64,000 nt of DNA. Source: Burkholderiales bacterium (GTDB lineage Bacteria; Pseudomonadota; Gammaproteobacteria; Burkholderiales; Burkholderiaceae_C). A program made the position numbers and the translations under genes. The stretch is taken from positions 100,973 to 164,972 of the forward strand of contig JACPOK010000038.1 of NCBI GenBank assembly GCA_016191525.1, read 5' to 3'. The notes beneath the pieces are model-generated. The model was not told the origin of the DNA. It saw nothing but the letters and a program-made list of their open reading frames with translations, and made no database searches. The number at the start of each line of letters is the position of its first letter. The first letter of the stretch is position 1. Shown one piece after another: positions 1 through 10,265 of this stretch.

Positions 1-922
1 TGCACTTGTCCACGAACACGCGGGCAATCTGTACTTCGGTCTGCAGCTCCGCCAGCTTGTAGCGGGTGTTCTGGTAGGCCGCCACCGGCTGGCCGAACAC
101 CTTGCGGTCCTTGGTGTACGCCACCGTCATGTCGATGGCGGCCTGCGCCGCGGCCACGGCGCCGATGGCGATCTGCATGCGCTCCCAGGGCAACTGCTCC
201 ATCAGGCAGATGAAACCCTTGTTCTCGAAGGCGTCGCCGCCCAGCACGCTGTCGCCCGGCAGGCTGACGTTGTCGAAGAAAAGCTCGGAGGTGTCCTGCG
301 CCTTCAGGCCCAGCTTCTTCAGGCGCTTGCCTTTTTCAAAGCCCTTCATGCCGCGCTCCACCAGCATCAGGCTGGTGCCCTTGCCGCCGGCCGCCGGGTT
401 GGTCTTGGCCACCACGATCACCAGGTCGGCATGCCAGCCGTTGGTGATGAAGGTCTTGCTGCCGTTGAGCAGGTAGCTGCCGTCGGCCTGCTTGATGGCG
501 GTGCTCTTCACGCCCTGCAGGTCGCTGCCCGCGGCCGGCTCGCTCATGGCGATGGCGCCCACCATCTCGCCGCTGGCCAGCCGGGGCAGGTACTTTTTCT
601 TCTGCTCTTCGGTGCCGTAATGCAGGATGTACGGCGCCACGATCTCGCTGTGCAGCGAAAAGCCCAGGCCGGTAGCGCCCAGCCCGTAGATCTCCTCGAA
701 CTGGATCACCGAATACAGCTTGTCGGCGCCGGCGCCGCCGTACTCCTCGGGCATCGTGGGGCACAGGAAGCCGTTCTCGCCGGCCTTGTTCCATACGGCG
801 CGGTCCACATAGCCCTGCTCTTCCCATTCTTCGTGGAAAGGCATCACCTCCTTGTCCAGGAATTTCCGGAAGGCGTCGCGAAAGGCCTCGTGGTCGCTGT
901 TGAAAAGGGTGCGGTTGATCAT
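1..922 (-). CDS. Acyl-CoA dehydrogenase (long-chain type), 3' end runs off the window
   Basis: Absent from the ORF track because it has no stop in the window. Manual translation from ATG at 922: MINRTLFNSDHEAFR...AIAMSEPAAGSDLQG...LNGSKTFITNG...DTSELFFDNV...LPWER, which are ACAD motifs. Confidence 0.93.
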   Translation of the reverse strand, partial: MINRTLFNSDHEAFRDAFRKFLDKEVMPFHEEWEEQGYVDRAVWNKAGENGFLCPTMPEEYGGAGADKLYSVIQFEEIYGLGATGLGFSLHSEIVAPYILHYGTEEQKKKYLPRLASGEMVGAIAMSEPAAGSDLQGVKSTAIKQADGSYLLNGSKTFITNGWHADLVIVVAKTNPAAGGKGTSLMLVERGMKGFEKGKRLKKLGLKAQDTSELFFDNVSLPGDSVLGGDAFENKGFICLMEQLPWERMQIAIGAVAAAQAAIDMTVAYTKDRKVFGQPVAAYQNTRYKLAELQTEVQIARVFVDKC

Positions 923-2004
923 GCTGTCCTCCCGTTCATCGCGGCCTTGACGATGCGCGCGTAGTTGCCGATGAAAACGCCGTGCAGGATGGCGTCGCTG
1001 ATGCCGCGCTTGCCCAGGTTGTCGATGACGTCGCGCAGGTCCGCGTAGTCGTTCATCATGCGCCCCGGCCAGACGCCTTCCATGTCCGTGCCGAAGGCCA
1101 CGTGCTGCGGGCCGACCAGGTCGCACATGCGCATGATCTCGTCGGCATAGGTGGCCTTGCTGGTGACGGCGTAGGACGGGTCGCTGGAAAGGCGCAGGCA
1201 CCACAGGCCGATGGCGCCGCCGCGGGCGGCGATCTTGCGCGCAGCCGGCAGGCTGAGCGAGCGGGCGATGTAGCCGGGATCCCGCGAGGTGCCGCCCTGC
1301 GGCGAGATCCACGAATGGGACCACACCGGCGCCGCTTCTGACGCATCCAGCGTGCCGTCCACCACCGACGCCGTGCTGTGCGCCAGGTCGACCACCATGC
1401 CCTGGCGCTTGCACTCGGCCACCACCTTGCCGCCGACCGCCGTCAGGCCGCCATGCACCGGGTCGGCGGTCTGGTGGTCGGCCAGCGGGCTGCGGATGAA
1501 GTGCACCAGCTGCAGGTGCCGCACGCCCATGGCATGGGCCTGCGCCAGACGCTCAGGCTCGCCTTCCAGGAAGTTGGCGGACTCGCACGCCAGCAGCACG
1601 CGCGGTTCCCCGGCCAGCGCGAGGTCCACGTCGGCAGGCGTCAAGGCCTGCTGCACCTTCCATCCCGCGAGCCGGCCCCGGTAGTCGGCCATCGTGCCCT
1701 GGAACGCCGCCCAGATCTGGCCGGCCTGCGGCTGGGCGACCTGCCGGTTGCCGTTGGCGGTGGACGACATCCAGGGCCGGTCATCGACCACCGCCCACGA
1801 CAGCAGCGTGATGCGGTTCTCGCGCATGTGCTTGTCCATGTCCATGCCGAACAGGCGCGGCAGGAACATGCCGTAGTGCGAATGCATGTCGGCCACATAG
1901 GGTTTGCGCACCGGCGTTTGCGCACGGCCGGGCAAGGCCAGCCCCGAGAGCGCCGCGGCGGCCCCCAGGGCTGCCCGCCGGCGTGTGATGTAAGCGCTTT
2001 TCAT
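919..2004 (-). CDS. Membrane dipeptidase (M19)-like amidohydrolase with a probable Tat signal
   Basis: N-terminal RRRAALGAAAALSGLA; motifs DMHSH, CESA, VDLAH, WSHS, GTDMEG. Stop overlaps the ACAD start (ATGA). Confidence 0.8.
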   Translation of the reverse strand: MKSAYITRRRAALGAAAALSGLALPGRAQTPVRKPYVADMHSHYGMFLPRLFGMDMDKHMRENRITLLSWAVVDDRPWMSSTANGNRQVAQPQAGQIWAAFQGTMADYRGRLAGWKVQQALTPADVDLALAGEPRVLLACESANFLEGEPERLAQAHAMGVRHLQLVHFIRSPLADHQTADPVHGGLTAVGGKVVAECKRQGMVVDLAHSTASVVDGTLDASEAAPVWSHSWISPQGGTSRDPGYIARSLSLPAARKIAARGGAIGLWCLRLSSDPSYAVTSKATYADEIMRMCDLVGPQHVAFGTDMEGVWPGRMMNDYADLRDVIDNLGKRGISDAILHGVFIGNYARIVKAAMNGRTA

Positions 2005-2086
2005 CTGTTTTGCCTCCTGTTGCCGCCATTTTTACAGAGCATCCGCTTGGTGAAATGAATATACTTCAGCGAAGCCCCAGGAGACC

Positions 2087-3295
<1,209 letters not shown>

Positions 3296-3299
3296 GCCC

Positions 3300-5447
3300 A
3301 TGAAGACCATCAAGTACGAACTGGCAGGCGGCATCGCCACCATCACCTTCGACGAGGAAGGCTCGCCCGTCAACACGATGTGCGCGCAATGGCAGCAAGA
3401 CCTGGTGGAAGTGACGGCCCAGGTGGTGAAGAACAAAGATGCGATCGCGGGCATCGTGCTCGCTTCGAACAAAATGACGTTCTTCGCCGGCGCTGACCTC
3501 AAAGGCACGATGCGCCTCAAGCCCGAAGACGCGCCGAATGTGTTCCGCGAGATCGAACAGACCAAGAAGTGCTTCCGCACGCTGGAAACACTGGGCAAGC
3601 CGGTGGTGAGCTGCCTGAACGGCACGGCGCTGGGCGGCGGCTGGGAAGTCGCGCTGGTGGGCCACTACCGCGTGGCGGTGGACAACCCGAAGATCCAGTT
3701 CGGCCTGCCCGAGATCACGCTGGGCCTGATTCCCGGCGCCTCCGGCATCACCAAGATGACGCGCCTGCTCGGCCTGATGGGCGCACAGCCCTACATCCTG
3801 GAGAGCAAGCTGTTCAGCCCGCGCGAGGCACTCGAGCTGGGGCTGGTGCACGAGATCGTCCCCGATGACGCGGCCCTGCGGCCCGCCGCGCTGGCCTGGA
3901 TAGCGGCCCACCCGCAGGCGCAGCAGCCCTGGGACGACAAGGCCTACAAGATGCCGGGCGGCACGCCCAGCAACCCCAAGATCGCGGGCATGCTCAGCGT
4001 GGCGCCGGCGGTGCTCAAGCAGAAAACGCGCGGCCTGTATCCCGCGCCCGAATATGCGCTGGCCGCGATGGTCGAAGGCGCGCAGGTGGACTTCGATACG
4101 GCGCTGCGCATCGAATCGCGCTACCTCGCCAAGCTGATCGTGAGCCCGGTGGCGAAGAACATGATCAACACGTTCTTCTTCAACATGAACGCGATCAAGT
4201 CGGGGCAGTCACGGCCGAAAGACGTGCCGCGCTACAAGCCGCAAAAGGTCGGCCTGCTGGGCGCCGGGATGATGGGCGCGGGCATTGCCTATGTGCAGGC
4301 CAGCCGCGGCGTGGCGACCGTGCTCAGGGATGTGTCGCTCGACAAGGCTGAAACCGGCAAGGCCTACAGCGTGAAGATCACGCAGCCGCGCGTGGAGAAG
4401 GGGCGTATGAGCCCTCACGACCAGGCCGCACTGCTGGCCCGCATCACGCCCGCCGACAAGGCCGCGGACCTGCAGGGCTGCGACATGATCATCGAGGCCG
4501 TATTCGAAAACCGCGACCTCAAGGCCAAAGTGACGCAGGAGGCCGAGCCCCTGCTCGCACCCGGCGGCTTCTTCGCCAGCAACACGTCCACCCTGCCCAT
4601 CACCGGCCTGGCCAAGGCCAGTGCCAGGCCCGAAAAATTCGTCGGCATCCACTTCTTCAGCCCCGTGGACAAGATGAAGCTGGTGGAAATCATCCGCGGC
4701 AAGCAGACCGACAGCGAGACCGTGGCCCGCGCCTTCGACTATGTGCAGGCCATCGGCAAGATCCCCATCGTGGTGAATGATTCGCGCGGCTTCTTCACCA
4801 GCCGCGTGTTCGGCACCTTCGTCATGGAAGGCGCGGCCATGGTCGGCGAGGGCATTCCCGCCGCGGTGGTGGAGCAGGCGGGCATCCAGGCGGGCATGCC
4901 TGTCGGGCCCTTGGCCGTGCTGGACGAAACCGCCTTGTCGCTCAGCGTGCACGTGCTGGACCAGACCCGCACCGACATCCGCGCCGAGGGCGGCACCTAC
5001 ATCGCGACACCGGGCGAATTGCTGGTCGAGCGCATGGTCAAGGAATTCGACCGCAACGGCCGCGCCGCCGGCGCCGGCTTCTACGACTACCCCGAGGAAA
5101 AAGGCGCGAAGAAGTCGCTCTGGCTCGAACTGAAAAACCAGTTCGAAAAACCCGGCGCCGCCTGGGACATGCAGGACCTGAAGGACCGCCTGCTGTACCG
5201 GCAGGCCGTGGAAACGGCCCGCTGCCTTTCGGAGAATGTGCTCACCACCGTGCACGACGCCAACATCGGCTCGATCTTCGGCATCGGCTTCCCGGCCTGG
5301 ACCGGCGGCGCCATGCAGTTCATCTACGGCACCGGTATCGATGCCTTCTGCGCCCGCGCCGAACAGCTCGCCGGCAAATACGGGCCCGGCTTCGCGCTCA
5401 CCGCCGCGGTGAAGGACGCGATCCGCAAGCACCAGCCGGCGTACTGA
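3300..5447 (+). CDS. Multifunctional enoyl-CoA hydratase / 3-hydroxyacyl-CoA dehydrogenase (FadB/FadJ-like)
   Basis: Crotonase domain (FFAGADL, ALGGG, GLPE), then GAGMMG Rossmann fold, FASNTSTLPI, GIHFFSP. Start reassigned to ATG 3300, 4 nt after the thiolase stop. Confidence 0.93.
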   Translation: MKTIKYELAGGIATITFDEEGSPVNTMCAQWQQDLVEVTAQVVKNKDAIAGIVLASNKMTFFAGADLKGTMRLKPEDAPNVFREIEQTKKCFRTLETLGKPVVSCLNGTALGGGWEVALVGHYRVAVDNPKIQFGLPEITLGLIPGASGITKMTRLLGLMGAQPYILESKLFSPREALELGLVHEIVPDDAALRPAALAWIAAHPQAQQPWDDKAYKMPGGTPSNPKIAGMLSVAPAVLKQKTRGLYPAPEYALAAMVEGAQVDFDTALRIESRYLAKLIVSPVAKNMINTFFFNMNAIKSGQSRPKDVPRYKPQKVGLLGAGMMGAGIAYVQASRGVATVLRDVSLDKAETGKAYSVKITQPRVEKGRMSPHDQAALLARITPADKAADLQGCDMIIEAVFENRDLKAKVTQEAEPLLAPGGFFASNTSTLPITGLAKASARPEKFVGIHFFSPVDKMKLVEIIRGKQTDSETVARAFDYVQAIGKIPIVVNDSRGFFTSRVFGTFVMEGAAMVGEGIPAAVVEQAGIQAGMPVGPLAVLDETALSLSVHVLDQTRTDIRAEGGTYIATPGELLVERMVKEFDRNGRAAGAGFYDYPEEKGAKKSLWLELKNQFEKPGAAWDMQDLKDRLLYRQAVETARCLSENVLTTVHDANIGSIFGIGFPAWTGGAMQFIYGTGIDAFCARAEQLAGKYGPGFALTAAVKDAIRKHQPAY

Positions 5448-5449
5448 CC

Positions 5450-6490
5450 ATGGTGCTGCTCGACGACACCCCTTTCCCCGAGTGCTTCGAGACCGAGCAG
5501 GCGCTGGAGGATTACCTGGCCCTGCCATCGCGCGACCTGGTCAACGACCTGGCCCGCGCGGGCGGCGACCTGCTGGTGCTGGGCGTGGGCGGCAAGATGG
5601 GCCCCACCCTGGCCCGGCTGGCGCGCAACGCCATGCCCGGGCGCCGCGTGATCGCGGTGGCGCGCTTCAGCGAGGCCGGCGTGCGTGACTCACTGGAAGC
5701 GCACGGCATCGAGACAATCGCGTGCGACCTGCTGGACCGCTCTGCCATCGCCGCCCTGCCCCAGTGCCCCAATGTGGTCTTCATGGCGGGTCGCAAATTC
5801 GGCGCCGATGCCAACAACCCGCTGACCTGGGCGATGAACACCCACGTGCCCGCCCTGGTGGCCGAGAACTTCAAGGCCTCGCGCATCGTGGCCTTCTCCA
5901 CCGCATGTGTGTATCCGTTCGTGCCCGTGACCAGCCAGGGTGCGAGCGAATCCGAGTCGCTAAGCCCGCCCGGTGAATACGCCAACTCCTGCGTGGGGCG
6001 CGAGCGCATGTTCGAGCATTTCTCGCAGGTTCATGGCACGCCCGGGCGCCTGTTCCGCCTGAGCTACGCCATCGACATGCGCTACGGCGTGCTGGCCGAC
6101 GTGGCGCTGAAGGTCTGGCGCGGGCAGCCGGTGGACGTCACCATGGGCCACGTCAACGTGATCTGGCAGGGCGACGCCAACGCGCAGGCCCTGCGTTGCC
6201 TGGCGGCCGCCACCGTACCCACTTCGCCGCTGAACGTCAGCGGGCCCGAGACAACGTCGATCCGCTGGCTGGCCGAAGAGTTCGGCCGCCGGCTGGGCAA
6301 ACCCGTGGCCATCACCGGCCAGGAAGCGCCCACCGCCTGGCTGATGAACACCGGCGAGGCGGAGCGCCTGTTCGGCTACCCGCGCGTGCCGCTGCACCGG
6401 CTGGTGGGCTGGGTGGCCGACTGGATCGCCCGTGAGCAGCGCCTGTACGGCAAGCCGACCAAGTTCGAAGCCCGCGACGGCAAGTACTGA
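5450..6490 (+). CDS. NAD-dependent epimerase/dehydratase (extended SDR)
   Basis: LVLGVGGKMG Rossmann motif, FSTACVY, EYANSC. Confidence 0.82.
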   Translation: MVLLDDTPFPECFETEQALEDYLALPSRDLVNDLARAGGDLLVLGVGGKMGPTLARLARNAMPGRRVIAVARFSEAGVRDSLEAHGIETIACDLLDRSAIAALPQCPNVVFMAGRKFGADANNPLTWAMNTHVPALVAENFKASRIVAFSTACVYPFVPVTSQGASESESLSPPGEYANSCVGRERMFEHFSQVHGTPGRLFRLSYAIDMRYGVLADVALKVWRGQPVDVTMGHVNVIWQGDANAQALRCLAAATVPTSPLNVSGPETTSIRWLAEEFGRRLGKPVAITGQEAPTAWLMNTGEAERLFGYPRVPLHRLVGWVADWIAREQRLYGKPTKFEARDGKY

Positions 6491-6503
6491 AGCAGGTTTC
6501 CTC

Positions 6504-7571
6504 ATGGCATTGAACCGGTCCGACCTTCCCGCCGATGTGCTGGCGCTGCTGGCACAAGGCGCGGTGATCCCCGCGCATCCGCTGGCCCTGGACGCGCGGC
6601 GCCAATTCGACCGCCGGCGCCAGCGCGCGCTGACGCGCTACTACGTGGACGCCGGCGCGGGCGGGCTGGCGGTGGGCGTGCACACCACGCAGTTCAGCAT
6701 CCGCGAGCACGGCTTGTACGAGACCGTGCTGCGCAGCGCCATGGAAGACCGGCTGGCGTGGAGCGGCAAGCCCATGGCCATGATTGCCGGCCTGTGCGGC
6801 GGCACGGCGCAGGCATCAGGCGAGGCGCGTACGGCGGTGGCGTTGGGCTACCACGCCGGCCTGCTCAGCCTGGCCGCTCTGGCGAAGGCGCCCGAGGACG
6901 AGTTGATTGCCCATTGCGAGGCCGTGGCGAGTGAAATTCCCATCGTCGGCTTCTACCTGCAGACGGTGGTGGGCGGGCCTGTCCTGTCCAGCGGGTTCTG
7001 GCGCCGCTTCGCGCTGATTCCCAACGCCCTGGCCATCAAGGTGGCGCCCTTCAACCGCTACCGCACGCTGGACGTGGTGCGTGGCCTGGTCGATGCGCAT
7101 GCCGAGGAGCGTGTCTTTCTCTACACGGGCAACGACGACCACATCGTGCTGGACCTGGCCCTGCCCTTCACCGCCATGCGCGACGGACAACCCGTCAGCG
7201 TGCGCTTTCGCGGCGGCCTGCTGGGGCACTGGTCGGTGTGGACGCGCAGCGCGGTGGAACAGCTGGCGCGCATCAAGGCCGAACTCAAAGCCGGCAACGG
7301 CAGCCTCAGCCCCGCGTTGCTGGCCCTGGATTCGCGGGTGACAGACTGCAATGCCGCTTTCTTCGACGTGGCCAACAATTTCCATGGCTGCATTGCCGGG
7401 TGCCACGAGGTGCTGCGGCGCCAGGGCCTGCTGGAAGGCATCTGGTGCCTGGACCCGGCGGAAGGCATGGGAGCCGGCCAGTCGCAGGAGATCGACCGCG
7501 TGTACCGCGTGCACGGCGACCTGGCCGACGACGCCTTCGTGCGCGAAAACCTGGCGCGCTGGCTTTCCTGA
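6504..7571 (+). CDS. Dihydrodipicolinate synthase-family (class I aldolase) protein
   Basis: GVHTTQF, GFYLQ, Schiff-base Lys in AIKVAPF, YTGNDD. Start reassigned to ATG 6504. Confidence 0.78.
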   Translation: MALNRSDLPADVLALLAQGAVIPAHPLALDARRQFDRRRQRALTRYYVDAGAGGLAVGVHTTQFSIREHGLYETVLRSAMEDRLAWSGKPMAMIAGLCGGTAQASGEARTAVALGYHAGLLSLAALAKAPEDELIAHCEAVASEIPIVGFYLQTVVGGPVLSSGFWRRFALIPNALAIKVAPFNRYRTLDVVRGLVDAHAEERVFLYTGNDDHIVLDLALPFTAMRDGQPVSVRFRGGLLGHWSVWTRSAVEQLARIKAELKAGNGSLSPALLALDSRVTDCNAAFFDVANNFHGCIAGCHEVLRRQGLLEGIWCLDPAEGMGAGQSQEIDRVYRVHGDLADDAFVRENLARWLS

Positions 7572-7620
7572 AAGCGCATGGTAAGTTCGCGGCTTTGAAT
7601 TTCTCCGGCAGTACCACTCC

Positions 7621-8376
7621 ATGACAACACCTACCCCCCGCCTGCAAGACAAGGTCTGCATCGTCACGGGCGGCGCCCAGGGCATCGGCCTGGCCACGGC
7701 GCTCAAGTTCGCCCGCGAAGGCGCGGCCATTGCCATCTGGGACCTGACCCAGCCGGGCATCGACGAAGCCCTGCGCCAGTGCCGCGAAGCCGGGGCCGAG
7801 GCCGGCGGCTGGGTGGTGGACGTCACGCAGCGTGCGATGGTGGATGCCGCCGTGGCGCAGGTGAAGGAGCAGTTCGGCCGCATCGACGTGCTGGTGAACA
7901 ACGCCGGCATCACCAAGGACGCGCGGCTGCAGAAGATGACCATCGAACAGTTCGACCGGGTGATCGACGTCAACCTGCGCGGCGTGTTCCATTGCGCGCA
8001 GGCGGTGGTGGACACCATGATCGAGCAGGGGTACGGCGTGATCCTGAACGCCAGTTCGGTGGTGGGCCTGTACGGCAACTTCGGCCAGTCCAATTACGCG
8101 GCCAGCAAGTTCGGCGTGATCGGCTTCACCAAGACCTGGAGCCGCGAGCTGGGGCCCAAGGGCGTGCGCGTGAACGCCGTGGCGCCGGGCTTCATCCTCA
8201 CCCACATCCTGGACTCCATCCCCGACAAGGTGCTGGAAGACATGAAGAACCGCGTGCCGCTGCACCGCCTGGGCACGCCCGAGGAAATCGCCAATGTGTA
8301 TGCCTTCCTGGCCAGCGACGAGGCCAGCTACGTCAACGGCGCCGTCATCGAGGTTTCCGGCGGCATGACCGTCTGA
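7621..8376 (+). CDS. fabG: 3-oxoacyl-(ACP/CoA) reductase, classical SDR
   Basis: [24 protein letters not shown]. Confidence 0.85.
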   Translation: MTTPTPRLQDKVCIVTGGAQGIGLATALKFAREGAAIAIWDLTQPGIDEALRQCREAGAEAGGWVVDVTQRAMVDAAVAQVKEQFGRIDVLVNNAGITKDARLQKMTIEQFDRVIDVNLRGVFHCAQAVVDTMIEQGYGVILNASSVVGLYGNFGQSNYAASKFGVIGFTKTWSRELGPKGVRVNAVAPGFILTHILDSIPDKVLEDMKNRVPLHRLGTPEEIANVYAFLASDEASYVNGAVIEVSGGMTV

Positions 8377-8386
8377 GGCCGTGCAA

Positions 8387-8426
8387 TGCTTGACTCAGGC
8401 AAGCATTTGCTTGACGATGTCAAGCA
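8387..8426. promoter_or_regulatory. Two tandem palindromic operator boxes (TGCTTGAC-N3-GTCAAGCA) at the MarR-GNAT start
   Basis: 8408-8426 TGCTTGACgatGTCAAGCA is a perfect palindrome. 8387-8405 TGCTTGACtcaGGCAAGCA has one mismatch. The boxes are 21 bp apart. Confidence 0.75.
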
Positions 8427-9358
8427 TGTCATCCGTTTCCGCCGCCCAGGTCAAGGCCGTCCGGGGCTTCAACCGGTTCTACACACAGCGCATCGGCGTG
8501 CTCGACCCCTACCTGGGCAGCGAGCTTTCACTGACCGAGGTGCGGGTGATGTACGAGCTGGCCCACCGCAAGGACTCCACCGCCACGCAGCTGGGGCGCG
8601 AGCTCGCGCTGGACGCCGGCTACCTGAGCCGCATCCTGCGGCGCTTCCAGGGCCAGGGCTGGCTGGCGCGCGCACCCTCGCCCGCCGACGCCCGGCAAAG
8701 CCTGCTGACGCTGACCGCCGCCGGGCATGCGGCGTTCGCGCCGTTGCAGCAGAAGTCGCGCGACGAGACCGCTGAACTGCTGGCAGCCCTGCCAGCGGCC
8801 GCGCGCGGCAGGCTGATTGAAGCCATGGGGACGCTGCAGCGGCTGCTGGACCCGCAAGGCGCGCCGCCCCAGCGGCAGACCGTGGTCCTGCGCGACCCGC
8901 GGCCGGGCGACATGGGCTGGGTGGTCCAGCAGCATGGCGACATCTATGCCCGCGAATACGGCTGGAACATGGAGTTCGAGGGCCTGGTGGCCGATGTGGC
9001 GGCCGGCTTTGTCAAGAACTTCCAGCCGCAATGGGAGCGCTGCTGGATCGCCGAGGTGGATGGCGAACGCGCCGGCTCGGTCTTCGTGGTGCGCAAGAGC
9101 GCCACGGTGGCCCAGCTGCGCCTCCTGATCCTCACGCCGCAGGCGCGCGGCCACGGGCTGGGTGCCCGCCTCACCGACGAATGCATCGCGTTCGCGCGCG
9201 GCAAGGGCTACCGCAAGATGGTGCTGTGGACCAACAGCAACCTGCTGGCGGCGCGCGCCATCTATGCCAGGCGGGGATTCACGCTGGTGAAAAGCGATGC
9301 GTACAAGAGTTACGGCGGCCACGCGCTGGTCGGAGAGACCTGGGAGTTGAAGCTCTGA
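8426..9358 (+). CDS. Bifunctional MarR-family HTH regulator / GNAT acetyltransferase
   Basis: N-terminal wHTH (LTEVRVMYELAH, LDAGYLSRILRRF, DARQSLLTLT); C-terminal GNAT (RGHGLGARL, LWTNSNLLAARAIY). Start could be 8417 or 8426. Confidence 0.88.
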   Translation: MSSVSAAQVKAVRGFNRFYTQRIGVLDPYLGSELSLTEVRVMYELAHRKDSTATQLGRELALDAGYLSRILRRFQGQGWLARAPSPADARQSLLTLTAAGHAAFAPLQQKSRDETAELLAALPAAARGRLIEAMGTLQRLLDPQGAPPQRQTVVLRDPRPGDMGWVVQQHGDIYAREYGWNMEFEGLVADVAAGFVKNFQPQWERCWIAEVDGERAGSVFVVRKSATVAQLRLLILTPQARGHGLGARLTDECIAFARGKGYRKMVLWTNSNLLAARAIYARRGFTLVKSDAYKSYGGHALVGETWELKL

Positions 9359-10257
9359 ACCTCGCCTTGCTGGCAGCAGCCGCCACCGGAGTGCAGGTGG
9401 GCGCAGCCATCGTGGCGTCGCGGTTCGCCGTGGCGGAAGTGCCGCCGCTGACGCTGGCGATGCTGCGTTATGCCATCGGGTTTGCCTGCCTCCTGCCCTT
9501 CGTTTGGGAGGGAAAAAGGCCTGTAGGGCGCACCCAGCATGCGTGGGCGGCTACAAAATCGATAGCACCCGACCTTTTCGCCATGGCCGCGCTGGGCATC
9601 GGCCAGTTCGGCATCCTGATCGCGTTGCTCAATTTCGGGCTGCAGCGCGTGGGTTCCGCCCAGGCCGCGCTGATCTTCAGCCTCTTTCCCCTGCTCACGC
9701 TGATGCTGTCGGCCGCCCTCGGCCGCGAGCGGGTAACGGCGGCGCTGGTGTTTGGCGTGCTGCTTTCCGTGGCGGGCATCGCCGTGTCGCTGTCGGCGCG
9801 GCTGCAGGGCACGGGCGACTGGTGGGGCGAAGCGGCCGTCGCCGCTGCCGCCTGCACCGGCGCGGTTTGCAGCGTGCTGTACCGCCCCTACCTGCAGCGC
9901 TACCCCACCCTTGCGGTCTCGGCCTTCGCGATGCTGGCCTCGGTGCTGTTCCTGGCCGTGCTGGCGCTTGGGGAGGCCTGGCCCACGCGCGTCAGTTCTT
10001 TCAGCGCGCAGGCCTGGGCTGCGACAGGTTTCATCGGCGTGTCCAGCGGCATCGGCTACTACTGGTGGCTCTATGCGCTCAAGCACGAATCGCCGACGCG
10101 GGTCACGGTGTTCCTCTCGCTCAACCCCGTGACGGCGGCGCTGCTCGGCTGGGCCTTCCTGGGCGAAGCGCTGCGCCTGGAAGTGCTGGCCGCGCTGGTG
10201 CTGATTGCCGGGGGCTTGTGGTTAGCCACACGGCCCGCGCCACCCTCGCGCCGATAA
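9355..10257 (+). CDS. DMT/EamA family transporter
   Basis: Two EamA repeats with about 10 hydrophobic segments. There is no in-frame ATG near the start; a CTG at 9355 overlaps the upstream TGA. Confidence 0.82.
   Translation: MNLALLAAAATGVQVGAAIVASRFAVAEVPPLTLAMLRYAIGFACLLPFVWEGKRPVGRTQHAWAATKSIAPDLFAMAALGIGQFGILIALLNFGLQRVGSAQAALIFSLFPLLTLMLSAALGRERVTAALVFGVLLSVAGIAVSLSARLQGTGDWWGEAAVAAAACTGAVCSVLYRPYLQRYPTLAVSAFAMLASVLFLAVLALGEAWPTRVSSFSAQAWAATGFIGVSSGIGYYWWLYALKHESPTRVTVFLSLNPVTAALLGWAFLGEALRLEVLAALVLIAGGLWLATRPAPPSRR
9512..9567 (+). repeat. Dispersed ~56-bp repeat, copy A (in frame inside the DMT gene)
   Basis: GAAAAAGGCCTGTAGGGCGCACCCAGCATGCGTGGGCGGCTACAAAATCGATAGCA. Hand count 36/56 ungapped identity to copy E and 32/47 to the core of copy D. 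Confidence 0.8.
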
Positions 10258-10265
10258 TCGGGGGC

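Noticed and set aside
7568-7612. Possible degenerate copy of the 56-bp repeat (CGCATGG...GCGGCTTTGAATT)
   Set aside because: It needs a multi-base gap and only short words match; not distinguishable from chance by eye.
10010-10040. Second AWAATG-coding segment in the DMT gene similar to the repeat 3' half
   Set aside because: It falls in a normal EamA transmembrane helix and lacks the 5' half; probably amino-acid-driven coincidence.
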